Below, in pieces: positions 13,449 through 24,800 of a DNA stretch of 64,000 nt. The DNA lies in IMG/VR virus record IMGVR_UViG_3300044961_000667. One strand, given 5' to 3'. Below the pieces are notes generated by a model that was not told where the DNA came from, did not search any database, and worked only from the letters and a program-made list of their open reading frames with translations. The translations under genes were made by a program, and so were the position numbers. The DNA comes from a virus (lineage: Duplodnaviria > Caudoviricetes). How positions within the stretch are numbered: position 1 is the stretch's first letter; the number at the start of each line of letters is the position of its first letter.

Positions 13449-13519
13449 TGGGCCCTGAGGGGATCGAACCCTCTCCTGACGCTTAAGAGGCGCCTGCTCT
13501 ACCCTTGAGCTAAGGACCC
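13449..13519 (-). tRNA. tRNA-Lys(CTT)
   Basis: GGCGC-CTCTTAA-GCGTC. Confidence 0.87.
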
Positions 13520-13569
13520 AGATTCGGCCAGCCCGACTAGACGTCAGACAGGTGGCCGAACTGTCGCTG

Positions 13570-13590
13570 CTATCCAGTTTTCAGAGAACA
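13570..13590 (-). promoter_or_regulatory. boxA-like antitermination site
   Basis: TGTTCTCTGAAAACTGGATAG resembles the rRNA-operon boxA TGTTCTTTGAAAACT. Confidence 0.55.
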
Positions 13591-13599
13591 GAACTGCGA

Positions 13600-13673
13600 A
13601 GCACCAGGTCGGGCTCGAACCGACGACCTGCGGTTTACGAAACCGCTGCTGCTACCTGCTGAGCTACTGGTGC
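13600..13673 (-). tRNA. tRNA-Thr(CGT)
   Basis: GCGGT-TTCGTAA-ACCGC. Confidence 0.87.
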
Positions 13674-13677
13674 ACTG

Positions 13678-13751
13678 CACGGCGAGCAGGAGTCGAACCT
13701 GCAGCGTCGGGTTTTGGAGGCCCGTTCCCTTCCCGTTGGGGACTTCGCCGT
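13678..13751 (-). tRNA. tRNA-Trp(CCA)
   Basis: CTCCAAA loop, G73. Confidence 0.8.
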
Positions 13752-13811
13752 ATACCGTTGTTCCTTTCCTTTTGACGAAACATCCTCTCGAAGACTGACC
13801 TGCGGTGGTGC

Positions 13812-13853
13812 AGAAAAGCGAAAGGCCGGGACCCTTTTGGGGTGCCCGGCCTC
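13812..13853 (-). terminator. Intrinsic terminator-like hairpin ahead of the tRNA array
   Basis: AGGCCGGG…CCCGGCCT followed by TTCGCTTTT. Confidence 0.6.
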
Positions 13854-13879
13854 CGTGAGCGATCCAATGTGCTACTGGA

Positions 13880-14059
13880 TCAGGTTCTCATGGAGCCGGG
13901 CCGTCGGTGGTCGCTGGTACCCAGATTCTGCTCGGGCTGATAGGCGACCACGCTTTCGACGGACCAAAGGCACGAACGCAAAAACGCCGGTCGAGCGGCC
14001 ATGGCCGCCCCGGCGATTCGCTTCGTCAGCGCTTTGGTTGAGGTCGACATCGAAAGCAC
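13880..14059 (-). CDS. Small leader ORF (59 aa)
   Basis: AAGGAG RBS then GTG; lies between a promoter and a terminator. Confidence 0.45.
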   Translation of the reverse strand: MLSMSTSTKALTKRIAGAAMAARPAFLRSCLWSVESVVAYQPEQNLGTSDHRRPGSMRT

Positions 14060-14078
14060 GTGCTCCTTGATGTCCAGC

Positions 14079-14108
14079 AGAGTACCCACCTGACGAATTC
14101 GCCGTCAA
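14079..14108 (-). promoter_or_regulatory. Sigma70-like promoter
   Basis: TTGACG-N18-TACTCT. Confidence 0.55.
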
Positions 14109-14130
14109 GCACCTGACGACGATTCTTCGA

Positions 14131-15066
14131 TCAGTACCAGCCCGCGGGGTTCAACGTCGGGTTGTTCTCGAACGGGTACTGCTCACCGCCACCCTCGTCG
14201 TCATCCTGCCAACCAGGAGCGCCCTGTTCCATCTCCGGGTCGGACTCGATGCTTCGACGAACTTCCTTCTCCATGAAGTCGGCGATCACCGCCATCATCG
14301 CCTCGTCGTCTTCAGCTCCCTGCATCGCGCTCACGAGCGAGCCCTCGTCCGAGTCGGCCTCGACCAGCATCTGGCCGTGGAGCTGGAACGCCTCGACGAA
14401 GTCGATCTTCTTCAGGAAGCTCTGCCACGCATCCCTCGCGTAGTCGGCGACCTTCTCCTTGAACTTGCCGGTGCCGATGTCTCGACCGCGGTAGAAACCC
14501 TTGAGAAAGGTCCTCGCGATCGACTTCGCGATTCCTCCGGCCACGTCGGAGACCTTCTTCTTCTCCTCGGGAGACGGCTTCTTCCCGGCCGCCGCCCCCT
14601 TGAGCGCCTTGGTCGCTTCCTTGGCTGCTTCGGGATTCTTGGCGACAGCCTTGGCAGCGGCCTTCTTCGCGCGGCCCTTGCCCTTCGCGACCTTCGCCTG
14701 ACCAGGGGCTTTCTTCGGGGCCGGCGCCTCGGCATCACCCTTCGGCTTGTCGACCTTGGTGGCCGGCTGCCCCTTCGGCTTCTTCGCGGAACCACCCTTC
14801 TCGGGCACCTTCTCCCAGTCGCCCTCCTTCGTCTTGACGAAGGTGCCCGCCTTGCGCTTCCGCTTCTCACCCGGCTTGGCGACGTTGGTGCCCTGGCCCT
14901 TGCCGGCGGCAGTCTTCGCCACCGACGGCTTGCCCACCGCGGTTCCACCCTTCTTCTGCAGCTGCGAGATCGGGATGAGCACCGGAGACGTCTTCACGTC
15001 GCGCGGGTACGGGCCCTTCTCAACGAGGGAACGCATCTGCTCCACGAGTGAAGAGAGGCTGCTCAC
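14131..15066 (-). CDS. Lys/Ala/Gly-rich histone-H1-like protein with acidic tail
   Basis: AGGAG + GTG; PAKK/AAK repeats; acidic C-terminus after LVE-A. Confidence 0.7.
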   Translation of the reverse strand: MSSLSSLVEQMRSLVEKGPYPRDVKTSPVLIPISQLQKKGGTAVGKPSVAKTAAGKGQGTNVAKPGEKRKRKAGTFVKTKEGDWEKVPEKGGSAKKPKGQPATKVDKPKGDAEAPAPKKAPGQAKVAKGKGRAKKAAAKAVAKNPEAAKEATKALKGAAAGKKPSPEEKKKVSDVAGGIAKSIARTFLKGFYRGRDIGTGKFKEKVADYARDAWQSFLKKIDFVEAFQLHGQMLVEADSDEGSLVSAMQGAEDDEAMMAVIADFMEKEVRRSIESDPEMEQGAPGWQDDDEGGGEQYPFENNPTLNPAGWY

Positions 15067-15074
15067 GTCGACTC

Positions 15075-15428
15075 CTACGCGCTCTTGCGGGCGCGGAAGA
15101 TCGCGGTGCGCGCCAGCTCGTCCATCCACGATGCGTCCGCGAGCACCGACTGGATCGAATCAGTCAACTGACCCATGTACTCGTTCACGCGAGGCACGGT
15201 GATCTCCTCGGGCCGCCCCTGGTACTCGCGAGCAAGGTGCGCGGCCAGGTGATCGGCGAGCAGCTCTCGCAACATCACGCGGGCGTCTGCCTTCAGCGCC
15301 TCGTTCTCATCGTCGTGGAACGGGTCCTCGTCAGTCTCCCCGGCGTCTTCCACCCCCGCCGACAGGTGATCGAGCGTGGCCTGCATCTCGTCGAGGTCTT
15401 CGAGGATCTTCTCGGCACTGACTCCCAT
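15075..15428 (-). CDS. Acidic hypothetical protein
   Basis: 117 aa, GAGG RBS. Confidence 0.7.
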   Translation of the reverse strand: MGVSAEKILEDLDEMQATLDHLSAGVEDAGETDEDPFHDDENEALKADARVMLRELLADHLAAHLAREYQGRPEEITVPRVNEYMGQLTDSIQSVLADASWMDELARTAIFRARKSA

Positions 15429-15440
15429 CGTCCACCTCGT

Positions 15441-15452
15441 GCAATCGATTGC
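15441..15452. promoter_or_regulatory. GCAATCGATTGC palindrome copy 4
   Basis: 12 nt upstream of ATG 15428. Confidence 0.7.
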
Positions 15453-15459
15453 GTGAGCG

Positions 15460-15846
15460 CTACGGCTGCTGCGCCTTGTTCACCGCGAACACGACTACCA
15501 CGACTGTGGCCGCGCCGAGAACGAAGCCCGACACGAGGCCGATCTGCCCTTTATACTCGCTCCAGAAGGTCGGCTTCAGCACCTCGACCTGCTTCTTGTA
15601 GGCGTCCTCCTTCTTGGCCCACGCCTCCTTGTCGGCTTCGTACTCGCGCCGCAGCTTCTTCAGGTCCACCTTGTCGGCGAACGTCTGCTCGGCCAGCTGC
15701 TCCGGGAACAACAGGCCAGGGAACGGCGCCTTTTCTCCGGTCTCCAGCGGAACGATGACTCCTGCGTCGGCCAGGGGGACATCGACCGGCGGATCGGCAA
15801 AGGCCGGCAGGCAGACCAACAACGTCAGCAGGGCGATCAGTCTCAC
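15460..15846 (-). CDS. Exported protein with C-terminal membrane anchor (spanin-like?)
   Basis: Signal peptide (LIALLTLLVCLPAFA), coiled coil, C-terminal TM helix. Confidence 0.6.
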   Translation of the reverse strand: MRLIALLTLLVCLPAFADPPVDVPLADAGVIVPLETGEKAPFPGLLFPEQLAEQTFADKVDLKKLRREYEADKEAWAKKEDAYKKQVEVLKPTFWSEYKGQIGLVSGFVLGAATVVVVVFAVNKAQQP

Positions 15847-16820
15847 GGGGGCACCACGGGGAGCGTCGGGTTGCGACGGTACACTTTCGTGTTCGTCGGG
15901 TTGTCGTTGTCGTCTCGCAGATCGAACACCTGGATCGGCGTGAGTCCATCGACGTCGTACAGCGTGAGCTGGAACGACTCGATCTTCCACTTCCCGAAGG
16001 CCACCTTGCGGGCGGCGAGCGCGTGAGCCAGCGAGTCGGAGAACATCTTGCCGAACGTCCCGGCGGACGCGTGGCCAGCCGTGGGCTCGTCGTAGATCAG
16101 GTCGACGAGAGCCGGGTGGTTGGCGGCCACGTTCAACTGCGTGCCGGCCTGGCCGGCGGTGTTGTACCCGCTGATGCTCTTGTCCCAGACCGCCGTCGCG
16201 ATGGCAGCGTTGTCGATCGTGAGGTTCGACGCGTCGAACAGCGCCTGCCCTGCCTTGCCCGCGCCCAGGTGGCCGGCCAACAGCTCCTCCCAGACGTCGC
16301 CAGCGACCGTCAGAACCTCGTTGAAGACCGCCTGGCCGCTCTTGCCGTCGTTGTTGCCGGCGGTGTCGCCTCGGATGGACTCCTTGTAGAGCAACGCCTT
16401 GCCGAACACCGTCGCGGCTGCCGAGTTGTCGGTCGGGTCGCCGAGCTGATCGACGCGAAGGCCCTTCTGCCCGGCCGCGTACGCCGTGCTGTCGGACCAG
16501 ACGTCGGTCACGATCTGCGAGATCGGCTCATCGAGGAAGGCATCGCGCGGGCTAATCGCCCCCTTGATGTACCGCACCTCCTCGGTGGGGATGCTGGCTC
16601 CGCCGTCGACCATGAAGACGATGTCGGGATCGTTCTTCGTCGTCCACGTCCAGTCGAAGTAGTACTCGCCGTTGCTCTTCTCGACGATCCCACCGACCGG
16701 CGAAGCAGGCGACGTCGCACCGAAGGTGTCGGCGCGCTGGAAGAACGTGAAGATCGGCGCGAGCCCCGTGTCGGAGTTGCGGAAGTTCAGGAAGTAGCGC
16801 TTGACGACTGGGAATGGCAT
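15843..16820 (-). CDS. Virion structural/fibre-associated protein
   Basis: Four VW(D/E)…GH…G…G repeats; C-terminal domain shared with 28387-28878. Confidence 0.65.
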   Translation of the reverse strand: MPFPVVKRYFLNFRNSDTGLAPIFTFFQRADTFGATSPASPVGGIVEKSNGEYYFDWTWTTKNDPDIVFMVDGGASIPTEEVRYIKGAISPRDAFLDEPISQIVTDVWSDSTAYAAGQKGLRVDQLGDPTDNSAAATVFGKALLYKESIRGDTAGNNDGKSGQAVFNEVLTVAGDVWEELLAGHLGAGKAGQALFDASNLTIDNAAIATAVWDKSISGYNTAGQAGTQLNVAANHPALVDLIYDEPTAGHASAGTFGKMFSDSLAHALAARKVAFGKWKIESFQLTLYDVDGLTPIQVFDLRDDNDNPTNTKVYRRNPTLPVVPP

Positions 16821-16990
16821 CGGCTCCTCACTTTCCTGGCGGCGTTCCCGGCGTCATCACCTGCTGACCCTGGATGCTGGTGAACGTGCCGTTGTTCAGC
16901 GACGCACCGCCGTCTGCCTTCGGCCCTCCGACGGTTGCCGTCGAGGGCTTGGGCACGATGCTCACGATGGTGACGAAGAGGTCGGCCATG

Positions 16991-18802
16991 TCAGAACAGT
17001 CCGTTCGCGGTTACGAGCCAGATTCTCCCATCGGTCCCAAGAACACCACCAGCCACGCCCACAGCGTAGATGCGCTTGGCCGGCTCGTCGAGAACGACTC
17101 CAACCGCAACGCCATCGGTGAGCCCGACGGCAGTCCAGGTCGCGGTGTTGTCGGAGACCGAACCAGTCGACGCCCACGCCGGCTCTGCGCTTCCTGACGT
17201 ACCTCCAGCCGCGGTACGGAAGTAGTACTTCGACTTCGCGAACTGATGCGTCTCGCGAGGGCGCACCAACGCGCCCGCCGAATACACGGTGTTCCGCACC
17301 CACTCCTGGATCACCTGTCCCGAGAGCGTCCGCTGCGCAGCGATTCGCCCTTCACTGTCCAGCACGACCACGCCGGCGGTTCCAGCTGCAACCACCACGC
17401 TGCCGTTCGAGGCCACCTTCGACTGGAAGAAGCTGCCACCACCGGGCAACGTCAGCGAGTCGAACAACTGCACAGGCGCCGAGGAGCTGACGTACTTGTA
17501 GACGTTCAGTCGGTCGACCAGCGACGCATAGACGAGCGCGCCAGTCGGGTTCCCGGAGTCCACGCCCACGCTGAGCGCGTTCGCCCTGCTGGTCAACTTG
17601 GTGTTCACCAGCAGCGTCGGCGTCACGCCGTTCTCCTGGTACACCCGAAGCCTCTCGACGCCAGCCTCGGTGGACGCCACGAAGATCAGAGCCGGCGAGA
17701 GGAAGTTCGCCACTGCCACGGCCCTGACTCCAGTCACGCCCGAGAAAACGGTGCCCGTCGCTCCCGACGAGAGGTTGACGACAACGAGCTGCCCGCCCGT
17801 GCCGGAGTTGTCGGCGTACTGCGCGACGTAGCCATGCGTGCTGGAGACATCCATGGCCACCGCGTAGGACGTGCCAGGGAGATCGACGTTCAGCGAGCCG
17901 GCTGCAGGCACGAGCGAGTACTCGTTCACGTCGTCGCCGTTACCGGTCGGCCCTGCCGACGCCCCCACCGTCATCACCGTCCCAGCGACATCCACCCTCG
18001 CCACGGCGCCAACACCATCTGACGTGCCCTGCTGAACACCGTCGAGGTGGTACAGCTTCGTGTTGTCGGTCGACAGCACCAAGGCCCCGCGCAGGTTGTC
18101 GATCAACGTCGTGTTGTCGAACTTCGACGGCTCCCCCACGAAGAACGTGTTCGCCACCGACGGGTGCTTCACGATGCACTGCAACGGACGCGTTCTGCCA
18201 AGCGTCGCCGCCTCGACCAACTGCCTCGACTCTCTGCCCAGCTGAGCCACGGACGCGTGACTCTGCGTGTACGACGCGACGTCCACGAAGGTCGTCTCGT
18301 TCACCTGCCCCGTCAGCAACGGGTACCCCGACTGCCAGGTGAGGCCGCCGTCATCGCTGATGCGGCCGTACACGCCCAGGTTCTTTGCCGTGCGGTAGTA
18401 CAACATCCACTCCGGCCCCTGAGTCGTCCGGTACGACATCTTGGGCTGCGAGCCCTGGCAGAGCACCGTCGGCCCCGAGATGAGCACGCCCGTGGTCGGG
18501 TGAAACCGCGCGATGAGCAAGTTGCCGTTGGCGGAGCCGTTCACGGCAACGCCGTCGTCCCAGACCACCACGACATGGTCCGTCACCGGATCGTACAGCG
18601 CGCTCACGCCTCGGAACGGCTGCCCCAACTGCGGCGTGACCTCGGTGAAGTCGAGCCCGTTGTGCGGCTTCCAGCTCAGGCGCTTGGTCGCAAACGCGAC
18701 CGGCGTGTACCAGACGACGTACGTCACCCCCGAGCGCAGGAAGCTCGAAAGCTCCTGCGGCTGCCCCTCGATGGTGATCCCTGAGATGGCCGAGACGGTC
18801 AT
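16991..18802 (-). CDS. Tail fibre/receptor-binding protein (beta-propeller-like)
   Basis: 603 aa, beta-rich G/S/T/V composition, in fibre cluster. Confidence 0.65.
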   Translation of the reverse strand: MTVSAISGITIEGQPQELSSFLRSGVTYVVWYTPVAFATKRLSWKPHNGLDFTEVTPQLGQPFRGVSALYDPVTDHVVVVWDDGVAVNGSANGNLLIARFHPTTGVLISGPTVLCQGSQPKMSYRTTQGPEWMLYYRTAKNLGVYGRISDDGGLTWQSGYPLLTGQVNETTFVDVASYTQSHASVAQLGRESRQLVEAATLGRTRPLQCIVKHPSVANTFFVGEPSKFDNTTLIDNLRGALVLSTDNTKLYHLDGVQQGTSDGVGAVARVDVAGTVMTVGASAGPTGNGDDVNEYSLVPAAGSLNVDLPGTSYAVAMDVSSTHGYVAQYADNSGTGGQLVVVNLSSGATGTVFSGVTGVRAVAVANFLSPALIFVASTEAGVERLRVYQENGVTPTLLVNTKLTSRANALSVGVDSGNPTGALVYASLVDRLNVYKYVSSSAPVQLFDSLTLPGGGSFFQSKVASNGSVVVAAGTAGVVVLDSEGRIAAQRTLSGQVIQEWVRNTVYSAGALVRPRETHQFAKSKYYFRTAAGGTSGSAEPAWASTGSVSDNTATWTAVGLTDGVAVGVVLDEPAKRIYAVGVAGGVLGTDGRIWLVTANGLF

Positions 18803-21800
18803 CAGGCCCTCAAGCCAGTGCAGTACTTGGCCAGGCGGAAGCGTCGATCGCCGAACACGCGGTACGACACGGGGCCAGCATCCGCGGTGAACGACACCGC
18901 GGCCCCCGTGTAGTGGTTCTTCACGGTGATCGCCGTCGCGCTCGTGAAGACGCTGATCTCGTAGATCCCCTTGTTCACGCCGCTGTCGACGTAGAGCAGG
19001 CGCCCCACGTCATCAGAGCAGAACCCGGAGCCCACGAAGTTGCCGTTGCTGCCCGCCATGGACCCGTCGGCTCGGGCGTACCCGCTGCCGATGTCTTCAG
19101 GGAAGAACCGGTAGTGACCACGGCTGTCCTGGCAGATGTCGCCGCTCTGCAGCGGGTACGTGCTCATCGGTCGCGTGATGCGAGCGCTCTTCGAGCCCTC
19201 GGTCGTCGTCGACGTCGTGTCGTAGCCGGGGCGACGAATCTCCCAGGGGCGGTTGGTCACGGCCGGCTGCAGGTTCTCGCTGATCGTGATGGTCGTCAGC
19301 GCATCGTTGATCGTCGCGATCGTGTACTCGCGCAGATCGCTGTCGAACTCCAGCGTGCCACCAGTGCCGCCAGCGAACGAAACAGCGGCCCCCAACTGCG
19401 ACGAAACTGTCACCTGGGTCGAGCTGTTCACCGTCTTGATGATGTAGCCGCCGTTGTCCGCGGTGGCGCCAGTCACCTTGACCACCTTGCCGAGATCGGC
19501 GTCGGTGAAGGCGGCGGAGGCCGAGTTGAGCTGATTCGTCCCCACCGTCGTGACAGCATCACCGGCCGCACCGAGCCGACGAATCGCGAACCGATCGGGA
19601 GCCGTACCTCCGGCGTTGATGCCCTCGTGCACGGTGAAGTTCATCGGGCCAGCGTCGGTCGCCAGCGCAGGAGCACCACCCGACGGCGTCACCAACGTCA
19701 CCTGCGTCGCCGAAACACGGCTGGCGATGCGGTAGAAGTTGCCCGAGTACGTCCCCGAGGTGAACCTGACGAAGCGCCCCACGTCGGCCGTCACCCACGC
19801 CGCGCTCGCCGAGTTCAGCGCGTTCGGCGACGTCGTCGTGCCGTCGGTGTACGGCACCCGCACCTGGTGGCCGAGGAACTTGTTGCCCCCGGTGGTCAAC
19901 GTCAGCGTGTCGCCGCTGGCGCCACCGAGATCGACGTTCCCGTTGAAGCCCGCCACGCCAGACATGGCGTTGTTCGCCGCCTGCAGGAAGTCGACCCTGT
20001 TCAGCCAGCTGAAGTAGAAGTCGGCGTTCGTCTGCGCCTGATCGGTCGACGTGTAGCGGCTGCTCGCCAGCTTCGCTCCGGACGGCGAGTAGAACTCGAA
20101 GCTGCTCCACCAGAAGGCGGCGTCCTGGCCAGTGTCGCCGTTGAACCTCGGAATGCCAGTCCACTTCCACCACCTGCCCGTGCGCTGCGCGACGGACAAG
20201 TCGGTGAGGTCGAAGTACATCAACGCGTCGTTGTTGTCGTACTGGTTGCGACCGTTCAGCGTGAAGAACGTGCCGTTGTTCTTCACGTCGGGAGGCAACG
20301 CCTCGGTCGAGAACGACAGACGCTTGACCAGGCTCCAGGTCGGAACGACAGCCTGGTAGTTCTGGTTCGTGACGGTCGCGTTCGGACCCGTCCGCACCTG
20401 CGCCGACGTCGCCGACAGGAGCCGGTCCACGCAGAGACGGTGCGTCGGGGCTCCCAGGCTGGGAATGGCGATCATGTCTTCGTCCTGCACGCCATCGCGG
20501 ACTTCGTACGTGATGCCCGACGCAGAGCCGCCCCACGCCTTGGCCGTCTGATCGAGGTTGCGCACCGTGACCGTCGAGCCATCGAGCGACACCGCGATGA
20601 TGCGGTAGCTGCCGTTGTCGGCACCCGCACCAGCAGTCAGCTTCAACACCTTGCCGCGGTCGCCAGTGACGAAGGTCGACGCCGCCGCCACCAACGTGTT
20701 GCCGCCAGCCGTGATGGCACCGTCGGTGTTCGGGCCCGTCGTCACCGCGCCCAGGAAATCTCCGGACGACAGAGTCAGCGTGGTGACGTTCGCTCCCGAC
20801 GCGTTGATGTTCGCCGTTCCGCTGGTGCGAACAACGGACGAGGCGACCGGAGTGCCGCCAGAGTTCGGTGCCGAGTACAGGTTCGCCACCAGTCCGTGGA
20901 ACGTGGCCGTGAGTCCCTGGAAGCTGTACCCGCTGCCGGTGTTGCTCTTGAAGCGGATCTGAACGAACCCAACCTCGGTGTCCTTGCCGAGGTCGACCAT
21001 CACCGAGGCCCCCATCACAGAGCTGTTGGCGTCACGCCCATGCCAGTCAGTGTCGGCGCTGGGGGACGAGTACATGTCGGCTCGCCCACCGGCGTTGTTC
21101 AGGTATTTGTCCTGAATCCAGTCGCAGAGCTGGCGGCCGTTGGTCGTCTCCGCACCAGGCAGCGCCCGGTGGTGACTGAGTGCCGCATCGTACTGCGGCG
21201 AAGCCCTCGCGTACGTCTCGTAGTACACCTTGGTCTCGGTCGAGCCAGGCACGGCCAGCGGGTTCTCGACGACGAACTTCTTGTCCTCGAAGTTCTCCGA
21301 GAAGCGCGTCTTGAAGCCGAACATCTCGTAGGTGGCGCCCGACAGATCCTGCGTGTTGTCCTTCCCGAGACCGTCGGCCAACATCACGGTGATGTTCTCC
21401 GGGCCGGCGTTCGAGCCAGGGGTGCCCAGGTCCCAGACGGAGTACGTCAGGGTTCCCGCCGTCGCGCTGGCCGAGAAGGGCCTGCCGTTCATCCTGGTAA
21501 GCGTGACGCTCGCCGCGCTGATGAACGCGGTGATCTTGTAGACATCAGCGTCCGCTCCCGACTCGATGCGGAGGAGCTTGCCCACGTCACCAGACACGAA
21601 GCTGGAGCCGCCGAACGTCGACGACGCCGACGTCGTCGAGCCATCGGTAGCAGTCACCCTGCTCTGCCCACCGCGACCCAGGAACTCGTTGTTGGGCGGC
21701 GTCGCGCCACCCTGACGGTTCCAGCGCACCTTCACACCGAACATCGTGTCCTGATGCGTCGAGTGAATCGGCCGCGTGAAGAGCCCGCCGCCCTTCGTGT

Positions 21801-24800
21801 ACGAGAGCGTCCCCGCCGTCGCGCTGGCCGAGAACGGCTTGCCGTTGAGCAGCCTCAGGTCGACCGACGTCGAGCTGTTGAAGACGCCGATGCGGTAGAT
21901 GCCGATGGAAGCGCCCGACTCGATCCGCAGCAGCTTGCCCACGTCAGCAGCGGCGAAGCCCGAGCCCGTGAAGGTCGCAGACCCAGACGTCGTCGCTCCA
22001 TCCGTCGGAACGTTGTTGCCCTTGAGGGGCATGGACTCCCGCGAGTGCTCCAAGGGCACCCACTTCGCACCATCCCACTGGTAGTGCACTTCGATGGGGG
22101 CAATCAGGTACCGCGCGCCACTGCCCACCGCCGACGGATGGACGTAGAAGTACCGACCCCAGGGGTCGAAGTGGAACGCGACCGCCTCGTTGCTGTTGTT
22201 GGGGTTGATCTCTCCCTTGTACGCCCAGGACTGCGTCGCCTGAGAGAAGTACCCGACGTTGCCCACCGAGTTCGTGTTGGGCCTGAGGTACACCATCATC
22301 TTCCCGTCCGGGTGCTCGTAGAACGCTCGAACGTACCGCGTGTTGCCCGAGCTGCCGGCGTACGCGCCATCTGGCCGCGGGGCGACCTTGTCGGACACGT
22401 AGAACGTGCCCGCGTAGTTCGACTGCGCTGAACCGGAAGCGTTGGTGAAGGTCACCGACGACGAACTATTGAAAGCCGTGATCGGGAATGCCCCGTTGTT
22501 CGCCGCCGTCGACGCGCCGGTGATGACGATCCACCGCCCCACGTCGGCAGCCGTGAAAGGCGTACCCGTGGCGTTGATCGTCATGTTCGGCGTCGAGAAC
22601 GACAGACCCGTCGTGCCGTTGCCGGTGCCCGTCGTCAACGGCACTCCAGCGAAGTACGTCGTGTTGTCAGGGCCGAAGTGACGCTTGACGGCCGCCGCGG
22701 CGAAGTTGCTCCTCGGGATCTGGAAGATGCCGTTGTCGGAGCCGACCCAGACGTCATCGAACTTGCTGTTGACGTGGATCGCAGAGAACACGCCCGGCGT
22801 GCCAGGGTTGGTCGCCGGATTCGCACCGCCCTGCACAACACCGCCAGCCGGCGACAGCAGCGACGTGTTCGAGATCGAGATGAACGCGTGCGTATTGGCC
22901 ACGACGTCGTACTTGTTGATCTGCTGCTGCGTGTCGTTCGACAGCCAGTAGACGTCTCCCGTGCCCTGATCGACGCTGCACATCTGCGGCTGCCCGTACA
23001 GCAGCCCCGTGCCACCAGGAACTCGCGTGTTGATGTTCGCGCCATTCGTCATCGTCACGGTGCGCGTCAAGAACGTCCCCGGAGCGAGGGACTCCATGTA
23101 GTTGATCTTCCCGGCACCCGTCGTGTTGTTGTTGAAGAACAGGTACAGGCGATCACCGATCTCGAATGTGCCGCCACTCTGGGTGGTGAACGTCACCGCC
23201 CCACCAACGAGCGTCTGGACCTCGACCGAGGTCGCGCTATTGATCGCGCTGATCTTGTACGTGCCCGAATCCGCGCCAAGCCCCGTGAGCTTGATGACGC
23301 GCCCGATGTCGGCGGCCGTGAAGCCTCCCGACGCCGACGTCACATTGTCGGCACCATCGGTCGAAGCGTCGGCAGCAGTCCCGAGCCGAGTCCTCGTCTT
23401 GTCGATGACGCAACCCGCGAGCACCGAGGAAGGAACGCCGTCGCCGAGGCCATACTGCAACGTCGTCAAGTCCGGCTTGATGACGATGATGCCGGCGTTG
23501 CCTCCGCTCGCGTGGAACATCGCGACGTAGACCCAGTTCTTCCCAGAGCCGAAGTTACTGCCGATCTGCATCGACGTGACGACGTCGCCAGCACCCATCA
23601 CTGGGGTGGGCGTCAGCATCTGCTGAGGGGCATTGCCGAGGTAGTTCGCCACCTCGCGAATGCCCTCGCTCGTCTTGTACCGCCAGTGGAACAGCGCCGA
23701 CGTGTTCGAGATGGTGGTGCCGCTGAACCACATCCGCTGGTTGTCCCAGTCCAGAACGAGTCCGTTGCAACCGCCAGAGAAGTTCGACAACCACGGGATG
23801 GTTTCGCTCCCGTTCGCCCCGAACAAGCAGTCGGAGAGAATGAACCCGTCGTCCTGGATGGCCGAACCGAGAGCGCCATACCCGTGCGTGAACGGACGCA
23901 GCGTCATCGAGTAACTGCCCTGCTGCTCGGTCCCCACAGCAGCTTCAGTGGAGCCAGTCTTCTCCACGACGAAGCGCATGATGAAGGACTCCCGCAACGC
24001 CTTGTCACCGTAGTACGGCGCGGCCGGGTTCCGCGGATTGTACCGGCCGGCGGTGTCAACAGTACCGACACTGAGCGGGATGATGCCGACCTCGTTGAAC
24101 CAGGCTCGACGACCAGGAGCCGCAGTCATCAGCAGGCCACTCGCCGTGTCCTGTGCGTAGAATGGAGTGCCGTCCAGGTTTCGCAGCCACAGCCTGTTGG
24201 TCTGCAAGTCGTTGTTCTGAACGAAATAGTACCCGGCGTCAGCACCCGTTTCGATGCGGACAATCGAGAAGACATGCTGCGACGTCGACCCAAAATCCCA
24301 GAACTGACCATTCGTGTACGTGACGTAGCTCAACCCAGCAGTCGTGGCGACCGTGTTCCCCTGTTGATGCGCAGGGTGAAAATACACAATACCGATCTGC
24401 GTATAGTCGAGCGGCACGTCCACCTGCGAAACGAGCTGATCTCCACCACCAAATCTCGACGCGATAACTCCCGGATAGGCGCTCCCGGCACCAAGCCCAC
24501 CAACGACTCGCGGGATGTTGGCTGCAGGCACGTTCCCGACCGTCCCGGTAACCCTGAACTGCGCGTACTGCACCGTCGACATGGTCGTCGTGCTTCCGGT
24601 CGGAGAGTCAGGGTAGTTCGTCACACCTCGAACGAACGTGTCGTGACCGATGCTCTGATCATCGTCCGCCAACAGGTAGACCATCTTGAAGGGCAGAGCC
24701 AACACATGCGGGGCGGTGCCCGCGTAGTTGTTGTTCCACTGATAGATGGTGCGGTACCTCGACGCGTACAGGTACGACAAGTTCGAGCCCTGGTGCTCGA

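Noticed and set aside
18913-22431. 1172-aa plus-strand ORF (and similar ones such as 22678-25290 and 54767-58141)
   Set aside because: Arg-rich antisense shadows of high-GC minus-strand genes
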